From the sequence record NC_041917.1: a DNA stretch of 64,000 nt. The stretch is one strand, 5' to 3'. Below, piece after piece: positions 57,349 through 64,000 of this stretch. Position 1 is the stretch's first letter. Every line of letters starts with the position of its first letter. Below the pieces are notes generated by a model that did no database searches, was not told the origin of the DNA, and saw only the letters and a program-made list of their open reading frames with translations. Position numbers and translations under genes: made by a program.

Positions 57349-57798
57349 ATGTCTGATAAGCATCAATTTAAAGTAAACATCGGTGATTGGTCACAAGATG
57401 GTCATAATCAATATGATGTTTTAGTTCTTAACAGTACTAAACCAGTAGATGAAGTACAAAAAGCATTTAAAAAAGCTGCAACAGATTTACATTTACTAGT
57501 AAATGGTCGTTTTCTAATTGCAGATGAATTTGAAGATTGTAGTCTATCTGAAGACCATGCAGAAGTTCTTAAAAATGCAGGTGTAAAATTTGATGATTTA
57601 GTGTATAATGATGGCGATGATGAAGAACCAAATTATATTATTGAAGGTTCAAGTGATATGACTATCCTAGTGATGCGTATCGCCCAACTTGAATTGGACT
57701 TTGAATTTGAAATTACGAATGATGCAATTCCGAACTTTAACGGGTTCTGGACAGAAGAACAAATGCCATCAATCGGATATGGTTTGTATAACATATAA
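57349..57798 (+). CDS. hypothetical protein
   Basis: IGDWSQDGH phage motif. Confidence 0.8.
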   Translation: MSDKHQFKVNIGDWSQDGHNQYDVLVLNSTKPVDEVQKAFKKAATDLHLLVNGRFLIADEFEDCSLSEDHAEVLKNAGVKFDDLVYNDGDDEEPNYIIEGSSDMTILVMRIAQLELDFEFEITNDAIPNFNGFWTEEQMPSIGYGLYNI

Positions 57799-57807
57799 AA
57801 CAAGTTT

Positions 57808-57872
57808 TGGAATCTAGCAGCACCCATAAAATGAAATCAACTGTTAATTGAAAAATTCAAAAATGGATTCCA
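57808..57872 (+). ncRNA. ACAGCAA-type element carrying only an Asn(GTT) anticodon stem-loop
   Basis: TGGAATC/GATTCCA, GCAGCA, CCAT/ATGG, TCAA-CTGTTAA-TTGA. Confidence 0.65.
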
Positions 57873-58162
57873 GCCTATTTCGGAGTAAAAAAATGTATTA
57901 TGCTCGATTAGAATATCCAAACAATGGATATGAGATTGAAAGAATACGTCTTAAAGCCTTAGATCGCAAAAAGTACTATCCAGTAGTTTCGATTGATATT
58001 GGTAGTTCAAGTACTCGCATATATCTTGAAGGTGATAAGAATGCATATAATAGTGTGAACTTTGAATTCTATACCAAACATGGTGATGAATATATTCTTG
58101 AAGATATTTTCGAAGACCCTGATTTAAACCCGTACTTGGATGATGATGACGAAGAATATTAA
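57862..58162 (+). CDS. hypothetical protein
   Basis: ORF track; start uncertain, overlaps the element. Confidence 0.65.
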
Positions 58163-58182
58163 ATAAAAATACCACAAATAAA

Positions 58183-58211
58183 TGAAACGCTTCAAAAAAT
58201 TGTGGTATAAT
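58183..58211 (+). promoter_or_regulatory. TGAAAC-class promoter
   Basis: TGAAAC-17-TATAAT before tRNA-Asn. Confidence 0.75.
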
Positions 58212-58230
58212 ATAAGTAAGTTAAACAAGA

Positions 58231-58302
58231 GGTTATGTCGTATAAAGGTTATTACGGAGAGCTGTTAACTCTTTTATCTTGGTTCGATTCCAAGCATGAC
58301 CG
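58231..58302 (+). tRNA. trnN: tRNA-Asn(GTT)
   Basis: GAGAG-CTGTTAA-CTCTT. Confidence 0.88.
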
Positions 58303-58419
58303 CAAAAAGTTAAATTCACCAGGCGTACTATGGTGGGAAAGGTATCATGATACCAATTCGAATAGAATACGTATTAAACCCTTGAACGGTTTTCTGTAAA
58401 CTCAATTTAACAAATAATT

Positions 58420-58474
58420 AAGAATCTAACAGCAATAAAAACTCATTCGATTATATGAAAAAAGATAGATTCTT
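58420..58474 (+). ncRNA. minimal ACAGCAA element
   Basis: near-copy of 56178; abuts tRNA-Gln. Confidence 0.65.
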
Positions 58475-58479
58475 GTTTT

Positions 58480-58552
58480 AGGAGTATGGTGTAATTGGTT
58501 AGCACACGTGACTTTGACTCACGTAGTTGAGGTTCGAGTCCTTATATTCCTG
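58480..58552 (+). tRNA. trnQ: tRNA-Gln(TTG)
   Basis: CGTGA-CTTTGAC-TCACG. Confidence 0.9.
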
Positions 58553-58703
58553 CAAATTAAAATTTCATTCATTTCCTTGTGTGAAACAAGCTGGTATGAT
58601 TCCCCTTGCTTGTAAAATTATCGAACGGGAACCGCGTTGCACCTGTACAGGTCAGATTGTAAAGATCGAGTATGTACAGTACTGAGAGCGGCAGTACAAC
58701 AAA

Positions 58704-58785
58704 GCGGGATTAGCTCAGTGGTAGAGCACTTGCCTTCCAAGCAAGAGGCGAATAGGTTCCATCGGTTCGAATCCGATATTCCGCT
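58704..58785 (+). tRNA. trnG: tRNA-Gly(TCC) with unusually long variable region
   Basis: CTTGC-CTTCCAA-GCAAG; 15-nt variable region. Confidence 0.85.
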
Positions 58786-58903
58786 CAAACTAAACAAACA
58801 ATAAGGTGATTTTTATGCTATAGAATCCTAGTACTGGTCCTCCTAAAGAATTTAATTCTGATATAAACAACTCAAAATTAAACTACTATAGGAAGAACAT
58901 ACC

Positions 58904-59230
58904 ATGTTAAACAAAGAACAATATATTACTGTAAAAAATACTTGGAAAGCTGTAAAAGAACATAACATTTTTGATCATGTGATCTATAATGTACTTCGTG
59001 GAGTCCCATCTGATACTGGTTTCGCACCAATTACAGACAGGGGTCGTTTACACGCTAACAACAATGACCCGTTCAATATGTACAATTTCGCAGTTCGTGA
59101 AATTCATTATGAATTAAACGAAAAACGGTACAATTACGAAAAGACAGTAAAGCATTATTCTGAACTATTCGGCATTGAATTTACAAAAGAACTCATCGAA
59201 GAAATTGTTTCTTTGATTAAAGTTAAATAA
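58904..59230 (+). CDS. hypothetical protein
   Basis: SD AGGA. Confidence 0.8.
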   Translation: MLNKEQYITVKNTWKAVKEHNIFDHVIYNVLRGVPSDTGFAPITDRGRLHANNNDPFNMYNFAVREIHYELNEKRYNYEKTVKHYSELFGIEFTKELIEEIVSLIKVK

Positions 59231-59238
59231 CAGAATTA

Positions 59239-59295
59239 AAGAATCCAGCAGCAACTAAAACTCATTCGCTTAATATGAAAAAGAAACGGATTCTT
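59239..59295 (+). ncRNA. minimal ACAGCAA-type element (GCAGCAA)
   Basis: AAGAATCC/GGATTCTT; compensatory change (T-A to C-G) versus 58420. Confidence 0.65.
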
Positions 59296-59315
59296 GTTTT
59301 TATTTGGAAAACGAT

Positions 59316-59543
59316 ATGAAACGTAACTACTTCCATTTTGTTACTTTTACTAAACCAAAGGTATCTACAACTAAAAGTGCAGACGATGTTGCACAATTAA
59401 TTGAAGATACTATCAATAAAATGCAAGAAGATGGTGAAAAATATGGAGAAATTCATATTGATATGCCAGAAGACTTAACACCAGAAGAACAACAAATGTT
59501 CATAGAAGAAATTATGAAACGGTTTGGTGGAACTGATGAGTAA
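59316..59543 (+). CDS. hypothetical protein
   Basis: ORF track, start adjusted. Confidence 0.7.
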   Translation: MKRNYFHFVTFTKPKVSTTKSADDVAQLIEDTINKMQEDGEKYGEIHIDMPEDLTPEEQQMFIEEIMKRFGGTDE

Positions 59544-59790
59544 TTCATTTTATGAAGATTTAAGATTTAGATATATTGAAGTGCTTGATTGTCAAGCATA
59601 TTGTAATCCTGATGAACCTACTAGCAACAAACATTTAGTATGGATGTTATTAGAACTAAGTAATCCTAATATGTCTGAAACAAAGAAACATAGATGGTTA
59701 GGATACATACAAGGTTGTATGGTTTCTAAAGGACTAATCAATGTTCAAGAAGAACGTGAATTAACCAGAGATGTATTTCAAGGTAAATAA
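59536..59790 (+). CDS. conserved hypothetical phage protein
   Basis: K.HRWLGYIQG motif. Confidence 0.8.
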   Translation: MSNSFYEDLRFRYIEVLDCQAYCNPDEPTSNKHLVWMLLELSNPNMSETKKHRWLGYIQGCMVSKGLINVQEERELTRDVFQGK

Positions 59791-59791
59791 T

Positions 59792-60001
59792 ATGAAAAAA
59801 TATTTTGTACGCTACACTTATCCTAGTACTGAATATAGTCAAGAACTTCATGACTTTGAACGAATAGAAACAAGTGATATTATTAGTACTGAACACGAAT
59901 TTGAAGATATTTCGGATGTTCGTGAAAAATTAAGAAGTGTATTTTCATGGCGTAATATTCAAGAACATGAATTTGACGTTATAGCATTGAACGTGCTATA
60001 A
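59792..60001 (+). CDS. hypothetical protein
   Basis: ORF track, start adjusted. Confidence 0.7.
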   Translation: MKKYFVRYTYPSTEYSQELHDFERIETSDIISTEHEFEDISDVREKLRSVFSWRNIQEHEFDVIALNVL

Positions 60002-60006
60002 TAAAT

Positions 60007-60078
60007 GGAGCTATCGTATATCGGTTAGTATACTCCCCTGTCACGGGAGAGAGGCGGGTTCGATTCCCGCTAGTTCCG
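60007..60078 (+). tRNA. trnD: tRNA-Asp(GTC)
   Basis: CTCCC-CTGTCAC-GGGAG. Confidence 0.92.
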
Positions 60079-60085
60079 CAAAAAT

Positions 60086-60349
60086 ATGAATAAGAAAGCT
60101 AAAAAACGTATTTTTAATACTGTGATAGAAACATCATCAGAACATTGTAAGTACAATTACTGGTATCATAATCTTCTTAGAAAAACAATTTTACTTATGT
60201 CTAAAGGAAAGTATCGTAAATCTGAAAAAGAGATTATACAAATACTTACTGCAAGACATGGTAAACCCAAATATAATCCTACGCCAGAACAACATGATGA
60301 AATGGTTCGTTTAGAACAAAGTGTTGGTCTAATGTGTGGTGTTAAATAA
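60086..60349 (+). CDS. hypothetical basic protein
   Basis: ORF track. Confidence 0.65.
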   Translation: MNKKAKKRIFNTVIETSSEHCKYNYWYHNLLRKTILLMSKGKYRKSEKEIIQILTARHGKPKYNPTPEQHDEMVRLEQSVGLMCGVK

Positions 60350-60538
60350 ATTGGTAATAAAGAGTGTAAGGGTTAGTACTTAGTATCATATTCCCCCTCT
60401 ACTTTCATCCCCCATAAATTGGGTTCTAGTCGTAGACACAAAGAAGTACTTTATTACCCGCGATTTTCCTGAAAGGGTGACGATGTGAATAGTGCATATC
60501 CTTGTAGTATGGGACAGTACTACATTTTTATAAATAAA

Positions 60539-60748
60539 TTGGAATAGAGAATGAGACTGCCCTCACTATTCGACGCTTTAAGTAGCTAGCAGACGTTTAC
60601 TGCATGTAATAAATATGATAGTAGGTTGCAATTCATATTGTTGTGCGGTATCATGCAACCACTTTGGATAAAGGTCAAGAAACTAGATTCTCTTTATCGA
60701 CGCTTTAAGTAGCTTTCTAGAGAGTACTTTCGGGTACTCATTCCAAAT
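60539..60748 (+). ncRNA. candidate structured ncRNA with duplicated 18-nt motif
   Basis: TTGGAAT/ATTCCAA closing stem; TCGACGCTTTAAGTAGCT at 60570 and 60697. Confidence 0.5.
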
Positions 60749-60760
60749 ATTATAAACACT

Positions 60761-60834
60761 GTTCTCGTAGCTCATTCGGATAGAGCGTCACGCTACGAAC
60801 GTGAAGGTAGTAGGTTCGATCCCTTCCGAGAACG
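60761..60834 (+). tRNA. trnR: tRNA-Arg(ACG)
   Basis: TCACG-CTACGAA-CGTGA. Confidence 0.9.
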
Positions 60835-60853
60835 CACATTAAAGGTCATTAAG

Positions 60854-61081
60854 ATGAAATCACTAGTAACTATGGTAAAAGACAAAAAAGTCTATTTTAG
60901 CCATTATCAAAACAACGAGTTATGGTACAGTACTGAATGCGGATTTATGTTTCCGGTTCCGGTATCTGATACTGGTAATGCAGAATTTAAAAACGAAGAT
61001 AAAGCTACGTTCTTTATACGTTGGATTCGGAAACATCTTGAGATGATTGCTGATGAGAGTCAAGCACAATCTGTCAATTGA
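60854..61081 (+). CDS. conserved hypothetical phage protein
   Basis: V.F.HY...ELWY..F.FPVP..D.G.A.F motif. Confidence 0.8.
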   Translation: MKSLVTMVKDKKVYFSHYQNNELWYSTECGFMFPVPVSDTGNAEFKNEDKATFFIRWIRKHLEMIADESQAQSVN

Positions 61082-61382
61082 TGATTGGAAAACTATACAT
61101 AATGTATTAAATGAGTACTACACTTCTGGTGAAGATGCTTTACATTATGGAAACGTATATTATGAGTACTGGATGCACTATTGCACCTTTATGGGAACTA
61201 GCTTTAACTTTACGGATGAATACATTCAGTTTGGTGAAACACGTTCCTATATAGATAAAGTACTTGATGAAGAATCACATTTTCAATTAAGTACTGTGTA
61301 CAATTTCTACGATCTAACATTCGAAGATATTACAGCACTTAAAGAAATCTATATATTCAAACGCGGGGAACCTACACCATAG
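61047..61382 (+). CDS. hypothetical protein, EExxFQ paralog family (ends in TAG)
   Basis: LDEESHFQLST motif; stop TAG lies in the terminator hairpin. Confidence 0.7.
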   Translation: MLMRVKHNLSIDDWKTIHNVLNEYYTSGEDALHYGNVYYEYWMHYCTFMGTSFNFTDEYIQFGETRSYIDKVLDEESHFQLSTVYNFYDLTFEDITALKEIYIFKRGEPTP

Positions 61383-61395
61383 GTTCCCTTTTTTT
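61363..61395 (+). terminator. intrinsic terminator
   Basis: GGGAACCT/AGGTTCCC plus T tract. Confidence 0.75.
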
Positions 61396-61412
61396 ATATC
61401 TGGAGTTTATTA

Positions 61413-61772
61413 ATGGAAGATATTAATTCGACTATAGTAAAAAATACAAAGATAGTTAGAACATTTGAACAAATATCTTTTGACGATATTAAAACGTACT
61501 TACCACATCTTAATATAGTTAGGGGTACTAAAGAGTCAATGACAGGAAGTACAAGATTGTTTAGTATTTCCTTATCAGATAGTGAATCTGTATTAGTCTC
61601 ACGTGATGTTATCATGTATATATTTGATAAAACTTTTGTTAAATTTAATACTAATATTACTGAAGAACAAATGTTTCAAGATAGTACTAGAGTTAATTAT
61701 GGTAATCTTGCACCAGAAACTTTACCGTACTTGAGAGAGTTAATACAACTTCTTGACCATTTGTGGAAATAA
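61413..61772 (+). CDS. hypothetical protein, EExxFQ paralog family
   Basis: ITEEQMFQDST motif. Confidence 0.75.
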   Translation: MEDINSTIVKNTKIVRTFEQISFDDIKTYLPHLNIVRGTKESMTGSTRLFSISLSDSESVLVSRDVIMYIFDKTFVKFNTNITEEQMFQDSTRVNYGNLAPETLPYLRELIQLLDHLWK

Positions 61773-61775
61773 ATT

Positions 61776-62201
61776 ATGAATGTATTTGAAACGTGTTTTT
61801 TATATGCAAGTGATGGTAACCAAAATAAAACAATTCGAAGTGTAGATGATGACAAAGCTCTATTCATGTACAAAGTCATAACCGAATATGATTCTTCAAT
61901 TGAACAAAATGTGTGTATTTTAATGATTACCATATTTGAGGCCAGTGAAACATTAATATTTGCCTTTGGTATATCTGAACAATATCCAGATATTGGAATT
62001 TCAATTATGAAAGTACAAGGTAATAAAACCTTACATTGCAGTGATGTAAGTACTGTAGAAGATTTAGAAGCACGTTTGTTTCAATTGGAAACAGTAGTTG
62101 ATGTATATGATTTAGATACTTCTTTATTGGATAAAATGAATATTATTCGTGAAGTATTTTTAAATAAAAAAGATGAAACGGTGCTGAATAATCTGGTATA
62201 A
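61776..62201 (+). CDS. hypothetical protein, EExxFQ paralog family
   Basis: LEARLFQLET motif. Confidence 0.75.
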   Translation: MNVFETCFLYASDGNQNKTIRSVDDDKALFMYKVITEYDSSIEQNVCILMITIFEASETLIFAFGISEQYPDIGISIMKVQGNKTLHCSDVSTVEDLEARLFQLETVVDVYDLDTSLLDKMNIIREVFLNKKDETVLNNLV

Positions 62202-62202
62202 T
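62174..62202 (+). promoter_or_regulatory. TGAAAC-class promoter
   Basis: TGAAAC-17-TATAAT before the tRNA-Pro pair. Confidence 0.7.
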
Positions 62203-62224
62203 ATCAGTACCTTAGAAAGAAATT

Positions 62225-62301
62225 CGGGGTGTAGCTCAGTTGATTAGAGTGCATATTTTGGGGATATGAAGCCGCTGGTTTGAGTCCAGCCATCCCGACC
62301 A
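62225..62301 (+). tRNA. trnP: atypical tRNA-Pro(TGG)
   Basis: CGGGGTG acceptor, CCA; irregular anticodon arm; D loop lacks GG, T loop TTTGAGT. Confidence 0.6.
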
Positions 62302-62310
62302 ATACAAAAT

Positions 62311-62382
62311 CTCCGATTGGGTCATTGGTTGATCGCATAGTTTGGGACTATGATTAAGGGTGTTCGATTCACTCATTGGAGA
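62311..62382 (+). tRNA. trnP: tRNA-Pro(TGG)
   Basis: CATAG-TTTGGGA-CTATG. Confidence 0.8.
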
Positions 62383-62449
62383 CTAACTGTAGGTTTTGAG
62401 TTCAAAACCTACAACATTGATAAATATTCCATAACAGGGAGATTTATCA

Positions 62450-63046
62450 ATGAAAATAAATTTTACAAAAGAGCAGCTTTTGAAAGCATCTATTGGTATA
62501 ACAAGAAAAGTTCATCTTTATAGGAATTTAGGTATTGCGAATACAAATAGTACAACATCTAATAAAATAAAACAACTGTGTTTAGATAATGGTATTGATA
62601 TAGAACAAATAATACACGACAATTTGTATGAATATAAATCATGTCCAGTGTGTGGAAATGAGTTTAAAGTTTCTAAACAATATGAAACACATAGTCCAAA
62701 AACCACTTGCTCACATTCTTGCTCTAATACCTACTTCAGAAGTGGTATTAATAATGGTTCTCATGCCAAAGCCCTATCAACAGATAAAATTAGGAAGGCT
62801 AAAGAAAATTCTCAATACAGAACACTGTGTTTTCATTATCATGAAAAGAAATGTGTAGTATGTGGGGAGAAAAATATAGTTGCTGTTCATCATTATGATG
62901 AAAATCATTATAATAATGAACCATCAAATTTAATACCATTATGTCCAACGCATCATGTTTATATGCATAGTAGTTTCAAACATTTAATTGAAGAACAAGT
63001 ACACCAATATGTACTTAACTGGAAAAATAACAATAATGTACTATAG
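62450..63046 (+). CDS. HNH endonuclease with Zn-binding motifs (free-standing homing-type)
   Basis: CPVC, TCSHSC, CVVCG..AVHHYDENHYNN..NL..LC..HH. Confidence 0.85.
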   Translation: MKINFTKEQLLKASIGITRKVHLYRNLGIANTNSTTSNKIKQLCLDNGIDIEQIIHDNLYEYKSCPVCGNEFKVSKQYETHSPKTTCSHSCSNTYFRSGINNGSHAKALSTDKIRKAKENSQYRTLCFHYHEKKCVVCGEKNIVAVHHYDENHYNNEPSNLIPLCPTHHVYMHSSFKHLIEEQVHQYVLNWKNNNNVL

Positions 63047-63074
63047 AATATGCACAAAACCTTATTCTGACAGA

Positions 63075-63389
63075 GTTATTACCATGACGCATTTGAGGGG
63101 TTTTTATGGTGACTGGATAGAAGAATTTGGAATGAATTATAATGTTGATACTAAAGAATGGATGTTATGGTATTTGGAAAACAGAGAAAAAATTTATTTA
63201 GATTTTATATTATTAGATAAAAATATAGATCAATTTGAATTAGAAAATTATCCAGTTCCTTTAAAATCATTACAAATAATACAAGAATATATGTTATTCT
63301 TTTTATTACATGACAATAATCCATCATTTGTATTAAATGAAAAATTACAAATTGTAAGATATAATTATAAAGAAATAATATCGGAATAA
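63075..63389 (+). CDS. hypothetical protein
   Basis: ORF track frame 62988; start uncertain. Confidence 0.55.
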   Translation, partial: VITMTHLRGFYGDWIEEFGMNYNVDTKEWMLWYLENREKIYLDFILLDKNIDQFELENYPVPLKSLQIIQEYMLFFLLHDNNPSFVLNEKLQIVRYNYKEIISE

Positions 63390-63395
63390 AGTACT

Positions 63396-63725
63396 ATGAA
63401 ACGCAATAGACAAATGATATTAAGTACTGATTCAGTAACTGACATTAAAGTTACTAAAATCAAAAATAAGTACCATGCACGACTATTCGTTAATGGTATC
63501 TTATCTGATGAAATGGCATGTTCCTTACGTTCAGATATTGGTTGGATTTGCCGAGAAATGATGCGTTGGTGTGATAAGTTAGGTGCAGGTAATGCACATA
63601 CTACATCAGCTCGACGTAGACACAATGAAGATGCTGCTCCACGTGGTAAGGTATATTACTACAATGAGATTCAAACTAATATTCAAAAACATAAGGCCAA
63701 GAATAATGGAAAATTATCTTCCTAA
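63396..63725 (+). CDS. hypothetical protein
   Basis: ORF track. Confidence 0.75.
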   Translation: MKRNRQMILSTDSVTDIKVTKIKNKYHARLFVNGILSDEMACSLRSDIGWICREMMRWCDKLGAGNAHTTSARRRHNEDAAPRGKVYYYNEIQTNIQKHKAKNNGKLSS

Positions 63726-64000
63726 ATCCGAATTAATAGTTGGAAGAACTTATAGTGGTTCATGTCGTAATTCTGATACGGCTGTATGGACTGGTACACA
63801 GTTTACTTATGAACGAGAAAAATTTGGTTCAACCTATAATGATAGTGTTAATCATCCAGAAGATGATGATAACTATGATTTGTTTTATCCCACAGAACTT
63901 TTGAAAGAAACATATCTACCTAAATATAAATTAGTAATAGGTGCATGGTATCACGGATATGGTTGCTCATCACAAGCAATGTGGATTGGTAATATGTTTA
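63706..64000 (+). CDS. hypothetical protein, 3'-truncated, with internal repeat
   Basis: open to window end; ENYLPKSELIVG..Y.G and ETYLPKYKLVIG..Y.G repeats. Confidence 0.65.
   Translation, partial: MENYLPKSELIVGRTYSGSCRNSDTAVWTGTQFTYEREKFGSTYNDSVNHPEDDDNYDLFYPTELLKETYLPKYKLVIGAWYHGYGCSSQAMWIGNMF

Noticed and set aside
52551-59295. ACAGCAA repeats as a CRISPR array
   Set aside because: Spacing is irregular, copies are interspersed with genes, each is an inverted clasp around tRNA-like cargo, and no cas genes were seen.
278-63625. All minus-strand ORFs and nested alternate-frame plus-strand ORFs in the track
   Set aside because: They overlap well-formed + strand genes or tRNAs, lack SD sites and have implausible composition; treated as shadow ORFs.
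1-64000. Genome-wide TAG reassignment (genetic code 15)
   Set aside because: Long genes translate without TAG interruptions under code 11, only two in-frame TAGs were found, and TAG ends the 61047 gene.

Overview
64 kb of an AT-rich lytic (jumbo-type) bacteriophage genome, most likely a large enterobacterial myovirus; the taxonomy is inferred from gene content, not from a search. All credible genes lie on the + strand. The window holds about 125 mostly small hypothetical CDS. Recognisable accessory genes include TelA-like proteins, a DEDD exonuclease, a NADAR-like protein, an ADP-ribosylglycohydrolase, NadR and PnuC, two ATP-grasp proteins, an AAA ATPase, a HAD nucleotidase, two PTH2-like proteins, an HD hydrolase, GNAT, 2OG-Fe(II), ClpP, Acb2, an ART-like protein and HNH. 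About 20 conventional tRNAs are dispersed through the right two thirds. The most striking signal is a 15-copy RNA element: a short GAATC/GATTC-type helix followed directly by ACAGCAA or a variant. It occurs in three architectures: inserted in the anticodon arm of otherwise normal tRNAs (Glu, Tyr, Lys and one undetermined), bracketing circularly permuted tRNAs (3' half before 5' half), and carrying only an anticodon stem-loop (Lys UUU, Asn GUU). Two predicted cyclic-phosphate-processing receiver proteins sit between the interrupted Tyr and Lys tRNAs. Other notable observations are an amber suppressor tRNA(CUA) with two adjacent genes each broken by one in-frame TAG, a split mimic of the 23S rRNA L11-binding/GTPase-associated centre, several other structured intergenic RNA candidates, a TGAAAC-N17-TATAAT promoter class, and strong AGTACT enrichment. 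All structures were read by eye; no folding program or database search was run.
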